Assembly (NCBI RefSeq): GCF_000143415.4
Contig: NW_003314296.1
Location: 372,001-436,000, forward strand
Reading direction: 5' to 3'
Source: Selaginella moellendorffii
Lineage: Eukaryota; Plantae; Lycopodiophyta
Length of the DNA stretch: 64,000 nt
The notes below the pieces were generated by a model, which searched no databases, was not told the DNA's origin, and saw only the letters and a program-made list of their open reading frames with translations. Position 1 is the stretch's first letter. Each line of letters begins with the position of its first letter. This document shows positions 35,710 through 47,039 of the stretch, piece after piece. The position numbers and the translations under genes were made by a program.

Positions 35710-38505
35710 ATGGCTCTTTCACGAGCGCGAACGGCAAGACGCTTGAGCTGCCGCGCTGCGGGTTTCAAGGTATGGCGCCAGCATCGGTGCCGCGTTTGGC
35801 TGCAGGATTTCGCTGCGATGGATCTTGTTGCCGCGCTCAAGGCGTGTGGCAGCTTGGGGGATCTGGACTCCGGCAGGGAAGCGCATCGCGCGGCTCTTGA
35901 GAACGGTGATCTCTCCAGCATTTTCGTTGCCACTGCGTTGATTGATATGTACTCCAAATGCAGGGCGATGGTGGAAGCCCGAGGCGTGTTTGACGCGATG
36001 GATTCTCGCGACGTGGTCTCGTGGAACGCTTTGATCGCGGGGTATGTGGAGAATGGACAGAGTAAGCTCGCTCTGGACTTGTTCTTTGGCTTGGAAAGAC
36101 CAAACTCGAGAAGTTTTGTGGCTGCAGCTATGGCGTGTGTGGATTTGGCTGCGGACGAAGCCGGCCAAAGAATTGGTGACGAGGGAAGAGTGGTGAAGCT
36201 AAAGTTTCTGGAAGAAACCATGGCTGTGCACTCTCGGGCTCGACAGATGAAACTGGACGCTGCGATCTTTGTTGGAAACGCTCTGGTGAATTCATACGCA
36301 AAGTGTGGAAGCCTGATGGACGCTCGACGAGTGTTTGACGGTATGGTTCTTCATGACGTCGTGTCCTGGAACTCTCTGATGCGTGGCTGTGTAGAGAACG
36401 ACGAGTTTGCCATCGCTTTGGAGCTCTTTTCACTGGCACTGTTTCGTGATGCTCGGACTGTCGTGGCTGCTCTCATGGCTTGTGGAAGCCTGGCCTTGGC
36501 AACAGGAAAAGAAGAGCTTGATCGACGTGAGGTTTTGGAGAAAGCCATGGCTGTTCACTCCCAGTGTGGAAAGCACAGGGATATCTTCGTCGAGAACACT
36601 CTGGTGGATGCTTATGCCAAGTGCAGCAGCATGATCGATTCGAGGAAGGTATTCGATAGCATGCAGCGTCACAGTGTTGTTTCATGGAACGCTCTAATGC
36701 TTGGCTATGTAGAGAACGGGGAGGACGAGCTGGCTCTCGAGCTCTTTGAGGCCATGCGAGTTGCAAAGTTGATACAGCCGGATGCTAGGACGTTTGTGGC
36801 TGCTTCTATGGCCTGTGCTGGGCTATCAGCAAGCGAACAAAGCTGTGAACTCGACGGCAAAATGGTGAAGACGCTTTGCACAGAGAAAGGAACCAGGATA
36901 CATCTTCAAGCTCGAGATTGTGGCTTTGATTCGGAACTCTTCGTGGCCAATGCTCTGATTGACATGTACGCCAAGTGTGGAAGCATAAACGACGCCAGGA
37001 AAGTTTTTACCGGTTTGAAACATCCTGACGTCGTTTCGTGGACATCACTGCTACAGGGATACGCGGAAGATGGTGGTGGTGGTGAGCTTGCTTTGGAGGT
37101 CTTTCAAAGACTGGAGCAAACCTCAGGTTGTGTGTTGAATTCTCGGGCTTTTGTCGCTGCTCTAATGGCTTGTTCCAGTTTGGCAGCAAAAGAGCAGGGA
37201 AGAAAAGTCGATGGAAAGCTCGTGAAACTCAACTCCCTGGCGAAATCCTTGGAAATCCACTCAGCAGCTGCGAGAAACTTGTGTGACTCGGACATCTTCG
37301 TCAGCAATGCTCTGGTAAGTCTCTACTCAAACTGTGGATTCATGCTGGGTTCTCGGACAGTGTTTGACAGGATGAAAGCTCACGACTGTGTCTCGTGGAA
37401 CTCGTTGATCCTGGGATACGTCCAGAATGGCGAGAGCTCCCTCGCTTTGGATCTCTTCGAGTGCGGCAACTTCCAGAAAAACTCCCGGGCATTCGTCGCC
37501 GCTCTCGCAGCTTGCGCAGCTCTTGCCGCTCGAGAAGATGCAGAATTCGTGGCCGGAAAGCTCGTGAAGCTCAAGAGCCTGGAAAGAGGCATGGCGATTC
37601 ACTCGAGCGCCAGGAATTGCGACTGGTGGGAATCGAACTCGGGCAATACTTTCCTCACGAACAGCCTCTTTCACATGTACTCCAAGTGTGGGAGCTTGGA
37701 AGATGCTCAACGGATCTTTGACCTTGACCGTGGTCAAGGCCTTGGTACGTTGACGTGGAAAGAGCTCGTCCAAGCTTACGTGGAGAATGGTGAGAGTGAC
37801 CTGGCACTTGGGATATTCGCTCATGTGGTTAAACTGGAGTGTGACACTGGTGCTTTGCTTGCTGGGCTCATGGCCTGTGGTAACTTGGTAAATCTAGAGA
37901 CCGGGAAATGGATCCAGGGGGAAATTTACCGACGTGGCTATGAGAAAGTTACTGACGTCGTAACTGGCATGGTTAGTTTTTACTCCAAATGCGGTGGGAG
38001 GATGGGGAATGCCCGCCACGTTTTTGACCAGGCTTGGACCCTCGACAGTGTTCTCTGGAATTCCCTTATATGTGGATATTCTCGAGAGGGTGAAATTAAA
38101 GTTATGCTTGATTTACTCTACCATATGCGAGGAGAAGGTTATCACCCAGACGGGGTAACTTTCCTCTCCATTCTCAGTGCTTGCTGCCACGCTGGATTGG
38201 TGGACAGGGCCGAGCATGTGTTCCGGGTGGTGATGTGTCAAGAATGTGGCATTGTGCCGTCTGTCCAGCACTACACGTGTATGGTAGATCTGTTTGGCCG
38301 CGCAAACCAGCTTGACAAGGCACTGAGATTGGTGGAAGAAATGCCACACAAGCCGGACAAGGTGACGTGGCTTTCATTGCTGAGCGCGTCTAGAACGTGG
38401 AAGAATGCTGGCGTGGGCAAGGTCGCATTTGAGAAGGTGATGACGTTCGACAAAGAAGAGGCTGCGGCTTACTCGCTAATGGCAAACCTAATGGGTGGGG
38501 AGTGA
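35710..38505 (+). CDS. PLS-class PPR protein, E-type without DYW, about 930 aa, intronless, with Arg-rich putative organellar targeting peptide
   Basis: Repeated P-L-S triplets (LIDMYAKCGS..DAR.VF, DVVSWN), FLSILSACCHAGLV, HYTCMVDLFGRA, and an E-domain ending YSLMAN. First ATG at 35710; 35818 is an alternative start. Confidence 0.95.
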   Translation: MALSRARTARRLSCRAAGFKVWRQHRCRVWLQDFAAMDLVAALKACGSLGDLDSGREAHRAALENGDLSSIFVATALIDMYSKCRAMVEARGVFDAMDSRDVVSWNALIAGYVENGQSKLALDLFFGLERPNSRSFVAAAMACVDLAADEAGQRIGDEGRVVKLKFLEETMAVHSRARQMKLDAAIFVGNALVNSYAKCGSLMDARRVFDGMVLHDVVSWNSLMRGCVENDEFAIALELFSLALFRDARTVVAALMACGSLALATGKEELDRREVLEKAMAVHSQCGKHRDIFVENTLVDAYAKCSSMIDSRKVFDSMQRHSVVSWNALMLGYVENGEDELALELFEAMRVAKLIQPDARTFVAASMACAGLSASEQSCELDGKMVKTLCTEKGTRIHLQARDCGFDSELFVANALIDMYAKCGSINDARKVFTGLKHPDVVSWTSLLQGYAEDGGGGELALEVFQRLEQTSGCVLNSRAFVAALMACSSLAAKEQGRKVDGKLVKLNSLAKSLEIHSAAARNLCDSDIFVSNALVSLYSNCGFMLGSRTVFDRMKAHDCVSWNSLILGYVQNGESSLALDLFECGNFQKNSRAFVAALAACAALAAREDAEFVAGKLVKLKSLERGMAIHSSARNCDWWESNSGNTFLTNSLFHMYSKCGSLEDAQRIFDLDRGQGLGTLTWKELVQAYVENGESDLALGIFAHVVKLECDTGALLAGLMACGNLVNLETGKWIQGEIYRRGYEKVTDVVTGMVSFYSKCGGRMGNARHVFDQAWTLDSVLWNSLICGYSREGEIKVMLDLLYHMRGEGYHPDGVTFLSILSACCHAGLVDRAEHVFRVVMCQECGIVPSVQHYTCMVDLFGRANQLDKALRLVEEMPHKPDKVTWLSLLSASRTWKNAGVGKVAFEKVMTFDKEEAAAYSLMANLMGGE

Positions 38506-38659
38506 CTAAATAACGAAGTTCAACTATATAGCTAGTGAAAATGTAAATACTTTTTTTGAATATATTAGGTACATATATACAAAATGTCTGGTCATCCACG
38601 TGGAATAATTAATTTGGCACCTTACAAAAAACCAGCACAATCTAAGGTGGTACGACACA

Positions 38660-38810
38660 TGTGCCAATGCTATTAACCTAATTTTTTGTGGGAGGGAGCT
38701 ATCAACAAACTACGCTCGCACAAAAAATTGGACACGTGGCCCATATCAGCTATTAAACTGATAAAAACAGATGTTACACTTGATCTTAGCAAAAAGGCAG
38801 AGAAAGGTAT
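38660..38810 (-). ncRNA. U2: U2 snRNA-derived sequence, variant and rearranged, probably a pseudogene
   Basis: Minus strand reads ATACCTTTCTCTGCCTTTTTGCTAAGATCAAGTGTAACATCTGTTTTTATCAGTTTAATAGCTGATATG, about 6 differences from the plant U2 5' end over 69 nt. Sm-like AATTTTTTG at 38729-38721. The 3' stem-loops are not canonical. Confidence 0.85.
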
Positions 38811-39128
38811 GAATATTATTTGCAGGTTTGAAATTGCGAATTGAACACGCGACCTTGCATCTACTTAAATGGCTAATATTAACCATTGATTAAAATTTAA
38901 ATATGCCAAGCGTAGCTCTGACTAATTGTTTCCAGCTGAATTTAGAAGTGACTCGGCTGGTTGGTGGCGCTTCAAATGAAACACATTGATAAAGTATACC
39001 TTGCGACTAAAAATCTAGAAAGCTCAAGCGAAGCAGCCAAAAATTTGTCCTTGTTCTGCAAGATGAATGGCTATTTTTCTTTTAAGATCAACTGAAGTAT
39101 GAGAAAATACTGACCTTTGAAAACTGTG

Positions 39129-41074
39129 TTATTGGTCTGGCTGTTTTGGTTTTGGAAGATCCGGGTACACTCCAGGAGGCCTCGGTCGCGGCTCAATGCT
39201 CAAGAGCTGAGTCGATTGTCCGATAGCATCCACCCAGCCATAATGTGGCTCGGCACTACATGAACAAGCAAAGACATCTATCTCAACAAAAAGAAAAGGC
39301 AAGGAAAACAAAAACATACTTGTAAACAGTGGTCTCCGTGACAACACTATCCCAGTTTTCGCCACTTGTGCTCTTCCCGTATTTGTGGACTTTCCTACAG
39401 GTCACAAGACAATCGCTAGTAAAAAGCCGAACAACAAATTCAATCATACCCGTCGCCGAAGTGCTCTTCACCCCAAGTCCTCGACCAGCCTTGAGAAACA
39501 TAAAATATAGAAGAAAGCCTCAGTATCCTTTGGAAGTAGCTTAGAGCTTGGTGGCTTTTGAAAGGCCCTCTAGAAAAAGAGAAGGAAAAGATTTGATAAC
39601 TTACTTTCAGCATTAGCTGAATGCCATGTCTCACCCTGCCGAGTCCCCGCACCATTTTGGAACTTCTCTTCCCACTTATCACCCCATTTCTCCCCGGTTG
39701 CATTCTCGGCCCACTTATCAGTCCTAACTTGAGTTGAGTATACAAGCTGGTAAGTTAAAAGTAAAACCAAAGTTCCATACCATTTTAGCACTGCTCCTCG
39801 TCCATCATATTGCTCGCCCCACTTCTCCCACCAGGACTGCTCATTGAGCCTTCCATACTTGTGAGCACCTTTCTCTGTCCAGCCCTTGGCATTATACTTT
39901 TCCCACCTGGTCCAAAACTAAGATGTGATATTAAGCTTGATCATACGACGTGTTCTTACCATTTCTCGTACCATCCGGCCTCCCCATTCCCTTGCTTCGC
40001 TTGTTTCTGCGCCGTCCTTTCGATTCGAGCCAGGTTACTGCGCAAGAAAACACATAAAATGGATTTCAACAGTCTTAATATCTCCTCACCTCAATTCATC
40101 TTGACGCAAAATTTCCTGCCAGGTTTCCCACCAGGCATCGCCTCCAGCATTTTTACCGGACTTTTCAGCACCTGCAATATCCACAAGAGTGTAAAACAAG
40201 AAAAAAAATAAGCGAAACAAAGTTTACCAAGTTCCTTATAGCCCGTCCAGTCGCATTTTTCCCACCACTATTAGAAAAAGCAAGCTATGCTATTAAGTTG
40301 AAAAAGGCTAAAACGTACTGTTTCCTTCCATTCCGTGGAGCCATCGCTGCTTCGTCCTCCCATAACCGTATAGCGACACCGATAGCCATTTTCACCAAGA
40401 TCTTCTCCACACTCTCGGAACCATGTACTTCCATCTTCATTTGTTCCGGAATCATTGGAAACCTCACTGCTTATCTTGATGCCCCAGTCCTTTTCACTGG
40501 CGATTCCAGTATCTGTACATCAAAGAATCCAATCAACAAGGAAAGGTAAATAGAAGAGAGACGTTTTATAACCTCTCGCGGGTGGAGTATCTCGGGGCTG
40601 AGAGACACAATTCACCTTTGTTCGTCTTTGATCATTTGAAGTATTCTTAAGCCTGAAACTCAAGGAATAGAAGTTAAAGTCACACACCACCGAATGGAAT
40701 TCATACCTTGCCGAGCTAAACGCTTGAGCTTGTAGCACGGCCTGTGGTGTGGATACCAGCTTCTGCCGTTGGTCTTTGGAGTTAAAACCAACCATTCTCT
40801 CCCATGGTTCTTCCAAAACTTGGTGAATTCCACAGGTGACCGCATCTTCATTGCTTCTGGTGTGTTTCTCGTTGAAAAGCACAGAACTTATCGTCTGCCT
40901 TGGAAGCCTCAAGCTCTTCTTCTTCCTTCCAAGAGAAAAAGCATCCTTGCCTTTCAGTGACCCACCAAATAGAGACGCAGGAATCCCTGTTACTGGACTG
41001 GTCGTACATGAACTTCTAGATGGGAACTTGTTGGAAGAACCAATTCCAAAACCCACGGTCACGCTCACAGCCAT
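39129..41074 (-). CDS. ESV1: EARLY STARVATION 1, starch-granule Trp-rich protein, multi-exon
   Basis: WWEKCDWTGYKELG, DAWWETWQE, NLARIERTAQKQAK, GWTEKGAHKYGRLNEQSWWEKWGEQYDGRG, WSRTWGEEHF, AEPHYGWVDAIGQSTQLLSIEPRPRPPGVYP. Ser-rich transit-like N-terminus. Confidence 0.93.
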
Positions 41075-42329
41075 AAAATCAACCCAACACTCCCCTCTCC
41101 CTCTTGCATTTCCTGTTCTAGTGCTCTACAAACGTCCCAAAGAAAGTTTCGCCGAAGAATAGCTCACTCAAGCCAAGAGGCTCAAGCTCGGAATCAAGCA
41201 CCTCATCCAGGCTGTGACGAATTCGAGCTGCGTACCATTGGATTCCAGTGAACTCCTAGCCAGCGCCGGATCCGCCTGCTCTAGCCCTAAAACATACCTG
41301 TAAAAAAGTCAGATAATACACGTCGGACAAGGCCAAGCAAATGACGCCGCGTGTCAGTTCTCACAACGAATTCCTCCTATTTACGATGCCTGTGATGAAG
41401 AGATCGGGATGGTTTCTTGACGACAGCTGACCGGCTTGCAGAGATCTTAGCAGCGGATGAGGCTCCCACGATCCAAGCTTGGCACCGCAAAGCTTGAAGG
41501 TGGATACTCGAAACCACCCGGCGGCGAGCGAGCGAGCGAGCGGGAAGAGAGCTCTCGAGCGAACAAAGAGAAGACCACATCAATGCTATTTGCTCATGGT
41601 TGAAGATTTTTGATGTGGATGATAATGCGTTTAAGAGTTTCTGGAACAAAACCTCAGAAGTTTTGAAGTATCCACACATTAATGTAGCCTTTTACTGTTT
41701 GGCCTTTGGAAGAAACAAGACGCTTGCTAAAATACCTACAGAAAAAGATACTCAACCCTCTAGCGGAGGCAATCATTAACAAGCAGCTTATGTGACCTCG
41801 GTCTCATGCTTTATGGATTGAAAACACAGCCATTTTTTCAAAAACGCTTTAAGTTTTAAATAAATAAAGCCAACTCATATTGGTATTTAACCATTCCATT
41901 CCGCTAGAGAATATCCTAAAATATACTTATGCGTGTGTCATCCATGATCATCGTCATAACAACTTCATCCAATTGCAATGAGCCACGTTGCCAAGTACAC
42001 GAGTACCTGACTTTGGTCGCGTGACTTTCCAGTGACCAATTCACCTGGCAACGCAAAGTAAAAAACGAGGATGGCTATGGATTATTTGATTACCCATCCC
42101 TAATTTTTCCTTTTGCCAAAACATAGCGAAGCTAAATTTGCATTCCCGGGAGAAATTTTCGGGGTCCCCTCAATTCGTGCATGGAAGGGGGACGCATGGA
42201 ACCCCGCCCTCATGGATCATCTGCTCTGAGAGACTCAAAAGTGTTGGTTTTTCTGTCCCCCTTGGCCTCGTCTCCAGCGCATTCAGCACTTCCAAGATTA
42301 TCGTTGAGACATGTTCTTAAGTAGCATCA

Positions 42330-42500
42330 AGACCGAAAGTGGAGAGCAGCCCTTCTTCACCTTCTCTGACACCAGCCCATACGCTTCATGAGGCTGGCCC
42401 GACTTGCAAAGAGCGTCCAGCAGAGTGACCTTTGAAGCACAATCCTCTAAATCTCTATCAGGCCCTGAAAGATCAATAGAGCCATCCTTGCCTCTTTGGC
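42330..42500 (-). pseudogene. Isolated P-type PPR motif fragment fused to unrelated sequence
   Basis: TLLDALCKSGQPHEAYGLVSEKVKKGCSP is one P-class PPR repeat with no neighbouring repeats. Confidence 0.6.
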
Positions 42501-43526
42501 CTAAAAAAGAAAAAAGATGTACATTGACTTTTGATACCCGCCATCGTTTCAATCTTCTTCCTTACATAAGCTCCACTGAAACAACAAGAAACAACAATAC
42601 ATTTAGAAGAATAAAATGAAGTTAGCATGGAATTACCTCTTCATGCAAGAATAAGCTACAATGAAATGCCTGATGAGTTGCGACCATTGGGGCTCCTTTC
42701 ATGTCGCTCACCGACGGCCAAAGCGTTCAAAGCCTGTGTCAACACAAGATGGGTATTTCTTACCACAGTATAGTTCTGGGGTCTGACCACCTTATGAAAC
42801 GAAGAGGATTAAAAATAATTGGAGCTTCGAGTTACCTCTTCTCCAAGTATTCACAACGTAGATCTCATTACCTGATGGAACTAAAATAATTAGAAAGAAA
42901 AGAGCTTGGATCTCCCTCCTCGGTGAAGTTTCCACAACGTATATCGAGCGTATATCTCGTGAATTAAAAACAGTTACCTCTTCTTCCTCTTCGGTGAAGT
43001 TAGATCGGGACAAAGAGGAATAAAAACAATTACAAAGAAAAGATAACTCTTCTCCTCAGTGAAGTTTCGGAACATCAAAGTTGAGCTCGTCCAAATCCCG
43101 TTGACAGAATCACTACGACCGCGTTGACTCACTAAAACCCTAACCCTGTCATTGAAATCTCGCCGGTTTGCGAATTCTTTCAGTGATGGTGGCGAGCGTA
43201 CAGATTCTTTCAATTTGTGCTGGGTTGGAGAGTCTCTAGCTCACTCACAACTTGAGAATGAACAAAACAAACCAACTAAACATCACTAACTAAACATGCC
43301 ACAACTAAACATTTGTTGGCTACCAACTAAGGTCTATGTTGGAGTATAAATGTAAGCATTTCTAAAACACTAGGCTATAGGCTCTTCCGTTTAGCTCGAG
43401 AGAAAGTGGAAACGCAGCATCAACTTCTCTCTGAATTCAACACCACAACAGGTACTCTTACTCTCTCTTTCTTTCTCCAAGAATTTGTTCTAACCATCTC
43501 TCTCTCTCTCTCTCTCTCTCTCTAGC

Positions 43527-44132
43527 ATGCTGTGTTACCTCCTCTTGATCTTCTTACTTGCAAAATCAGTAGAATCATTGGATCGAGTTGTTGTGGATGG
43601 TGTAAGATTGGTTCGCATTGTTTCATCAACCAATCCTTCTAAAGTTATTTCTGTTAATCATGGCACTGGAACTGTTGTTTTAGCGGACCTTAATCATAAT
43701 GACAACTACCAGGTAAAATATTTCTCTATAATTTTTTTTAATTTCCTTTTTAAAAGGTTTGGGAGCTTTCATATGCCATGGGCCGGTTACGAGATTCAAG
43801 TGGGCTATTTGCATATTCCCTCAAGAATTTCGAGACTCAAACTTATCTTCACCATGGCATGTCACCTGGAGAGGTATTTGTCATCATTTTTTAAGATTTA
43901 TTTTTTAAAATGTTTTTATTCCAGGTGATTATAACACAATATTTTGAGATTCCTGATTCGGACTTATTATGGAACTCGGGTACGGAAGACGTTCGTGGAG
44001 GCTACTACGTAATACGGGCAACCACAAACGTTTATCTGAGTCTGTCCATCAAGAAACCAAATTCGATTACAGTGGAAGTTGGTCAAAAGAGCTGACCAAT
44101 TATGGAAATTCGTTGAAGTTAATCTTGATTAA
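43527..44132 (+). CDS. EUL (Euonymus lectin, ricin-B-like) domain protein with signal peptide, frameshifted near the 3' end (possible pseudogene)
   Basis: Hydrophobic N-terminus MLCYLLLIFLLAKSVES, GTVVLADLNHNDNYQ/VW, YSLKN.ET..L.H, LLWNS..DV.GGYYVIR. Introns 43713-43756 and 43874-43924. The terminal ADQLWKF motif is in a shifted frame overlapping the TGA at 44093-44095. Confidence 0.8.
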
Positions 44133-44621
44133 TTCTAGACTCTTGCATTCTTTGCTGGGGGCGTGCTCGGCTTGCCTAGAGGTCATGTTGGCTTTGGAAG
44201 AGGCACGGCGCGCTAGCTGGAGAGGACAGAAGCAGCGTGCCTGGGAATCGGCGTGGCGAGGAAGAGCGCGTTCTTTCTTTTTTTCCCTAGACGATTGCAT
44301 ACTGGAGACTAGGGTGGGAGCGCCACAGCAGCGGCGAAGGCGCAGGGCCAATCTGGCATGGAACCCAGCTCAGGATCACAGTCTCTAGGATATGTTGCCT
44401 TTCCTCTTTTTTTATAGGAATGAGAAGATAGTCGCCAAGGGACGAGGTGAGCCGAATTTCAAGCATTCAGCTGAAGTTTTTTCTGATGCTGATGCTATGA
44501 TTGATTGCAGCATAGACAACGGGTGATGTATGAAGAATAAAAGAAGCTTGCTTGTCCAACAGCATGAATAAACGAAGCTCAAGTCTCGCTCTATAAGCAC
44601 GAACTCGCGAGGAAAAAAATG

Positions 44622-45020
44622 CAGGTGTGATATGTGCCTTCTAGTTTTTAAATTCCAAACGAATTTTCAGGCAGCCAAGGAGCAAGGAACTCAGACAAAA
44701 GGAGAATGAGCTTTAGTGGAGGCTGGGACGTGCCCATGAAGGCCGGCTGACGGAGAATGTCAAAGAGGCTTTTGCTCGAGCGAACACAAGAGCGTTCAAA
44801 AAGATTGCTAGGAAGTTCTGAAGTTTAATGTGGTTATTAGCCACACATAAACAGGGCAGCAGCAGCGGCGGTGTGATGTGTGCCTTCTAGTTTTTACTTC
44901 CATTGGAATTTTCAGGCAGCCAAAGAGCGAGGAACTCGGAGATGGTGAAGATGCGCCAGCGTCGTCAGATCGAAAAGGAGAATGAGCTTTGGAGGAGGCT
45001 GAGGGACGTGCCCAAGTGGC
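44622..45020. repeat. Imperfect tandem duplication (about 44622-44740 and 44870-45015) plus a fragment of the EF-hand gene 3' end at 44838-44857
   Basis: GTGTGAT.TGTGCCTTCTAGTTTTTA...TTTTCAGGCAGCCAA...AAAAGGAGAATGAGCTTT...GGGACGTGCCCA occurs twice. TTAGCCACACATAAA occurs at 44837 and 45079. Confidence 0.8.
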
Positions 45021-45078
45021 CAATAGTGATTCATCAAGAAAATGAAAATTCAGAAAAATAAGGTTTATGAACAAGATA

Positions 45079-46088
45079 TTAGCCACACATAAAAAGGGCA
45101 TCAAACCGAGATCGATCTGCTTTTGCTAACAGAATCAGCTTTGCAATCCAGTCTGTAGCCAGAATCTCTTCCACCTTCAAGCTTGCCAATGGGAATGGAA
45201 CAATCTCTTTTGCTTTGAGACATGCCTCGTACAAGCTTGGATCGCGGGGAGCCTCATATGCTGCAAAAATCTCTGCAAGCCCATCAGCTGGAGTCAAGAA
45301 ACCATCATGATCTCTGTCGATTGAGTTGAACCTCATGAAGATTTCAGTCTCATTGTTAGGCTCTCGATGTGTNNNNNNNNNNNNNNNNNNNNNNNNNNNN
45401 NNNNNNNNNNNNNNNNNNNNNNNNNNNNNNNNNNNNNNNNNNNNNNNNNNNNNNNNNNNNNNNNNNNNNNNNAAACTCGCTGAAGTCGATCCTCCCATCT
45501 TTGTTTGCATCTTGCACGTTGTACAACCACATTTGCAATTTTCTGCCACTTTTGTCCTTGATCCTCTCTGGGCTCAGGCAGTTCTTGAACTCCACCCAAT
45601 TAAGAACCCCATCATCATTTTCATCACAAGCATCATAATAAGATCGATGATAATTTTCTGGTAATGGGAAAAACTGAAAGTCAAAGTTTTTGTATGGGAT
45701 TGCCCTGGGTAGCATCATCATCTTCCAATCCAAATAATCCATGGCATACTCGTACCAACTTAAAGCACCATCCTTATTTCTGTCTTTACGTTGCCAGGTG
45801 AATTGGTCGCGGATGTCATGCTGCTTATCAAACCATGCATCAGCCTCTTCCCTAGTAATATTACCATCTCTGGGATTTACATCCATCTCATCAAGGTATT
45901 CTCGAGCAGTCATCTTTTCGAGCTCAGTTGGTGGAATATGTAAATTATAATAACAAGGATTTTCTCTTTCTGCAAGATTTCATGCAATTAAAAATTAAAG
46001 TTGCCAACAACATACCTGATCTTGGAATTTTACTCTGTGCGCCTTGAGTAACCATGGCTAACACAAACATCACCACAATCAAATCCAT
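45079..46088 (-). CDS. Secreted multi-EF-hand Ca2+-binding protein (calumenin/CREC-like), copy 1, spans an N gap
   Basis: Signal-peptide exon MDLIVVMFVLAMVTQGAQS, one GT-AG intron, EF-hand loops DVNPRDGNITREE, DRNKDGALSWYEY, DENDDGVLNWVEF, DANKDGRIDFSEF, DRDHDGFLTPADG. Confidence 0.88.
45373..45472. other. Assembly gap (100 N)
   Basis: The paralogue at 48881-48919 implies that only about 39 bp are missing. Confidence 0.95.
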
Positions 46089-47039
46089 ACTAGCTTAGGG
46101 CTACTCCAAAAGCATGGTATATATATCCGGTAAAACCATATATGGTTTATCTTTAGCGAATATCTTTTACCTTTTTCATTCCTGAGCAGGATGTAAAGAT
46201 CTGGGAGGATGGGGGACCAAGCCCTTGTCCAAGGCAAGGATTTCTCAATGTGGAAGAAACTTATTGAGGCACGTCTGAACAGACAGTGGAGTGCCTTAGC
46301 CATGGGATCTTACTCAAGTCAGACATGGAGCAAGGAGCAAACCATCTCTGGAAATGGCTGAATGACATGTATATGGCAAAAAGTCTAATTTGGAAGTGAT
46401 GAAGCTTCATTCAGTTTTGGACGCTTGCATGTTTAACATGGTGGGGATATGCAATAGCATGTGGACTCTTTGAGTAGGTTTTTTGCAGATCTAGCAGCTC
46501 AAGGCAAGGAATACAATGTTCTAACTCGATGCAAACAGTGAAACGTTAGAGAGAGAGAGAGAGAGAGAGAGAGTTGGACCTCCTCGTTTGACGAGGCAGC
46601 AATGAAGCTTATGAACACTTCTCAGCTGCATAAGGAAGACTCAACCTTATGAGGTACACCACGCCATGTTTGCAAAAAGGTTAGAGATGAGCTCCACCCG
46701 TGGAGGCTGTGGGAGGCCAGACATGACAGTGGAGGCTGTGTCAGGCCCATGGGCGAGGAGGACGTACCTCCTATAGTGGTAGAGTAACTTCTACCCCACA
46801 GCAACATGGAGGACGTCCTCACAGGACTTTTCGCAGTGGTCAAGATGCTAATTGAACCGATGCGTGAAACTCACATTGGTCGAGAATCAGATTTGGCTGA
46901 ACCGGTTCTCATGCAAACTACTTTCTGCCAAACCAGTTTGGCCAGGTCCAGGGTGAAGTTGCACGAATTGGGCAAGAAGGGGGTGGAGTGGTTGTTTTTT
47001 GTAAATTGGATTAGTTTAAGTCTAGATTCTAGTTTGCAA

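Noticed and set aside
39129-41074. LESV rather than ESV1
   Set aside because: GYKELG, NLARIER and the C-terminal AEPHYGW...RPPGVYP motifs match recalled ESV1.
45079-45913. Frameshift or pseudogene status of EF-hand copy 1
   Set aside because: The frame change comes from a 100-N placeholder replacing about 39 bp.
46190-46450. Additional PPR remnant in the EF-hand spacer
   Set aside because: Only faint motifs (NDMY.K, SVLDAC) across frameshifts, so it was not listed as a feature.
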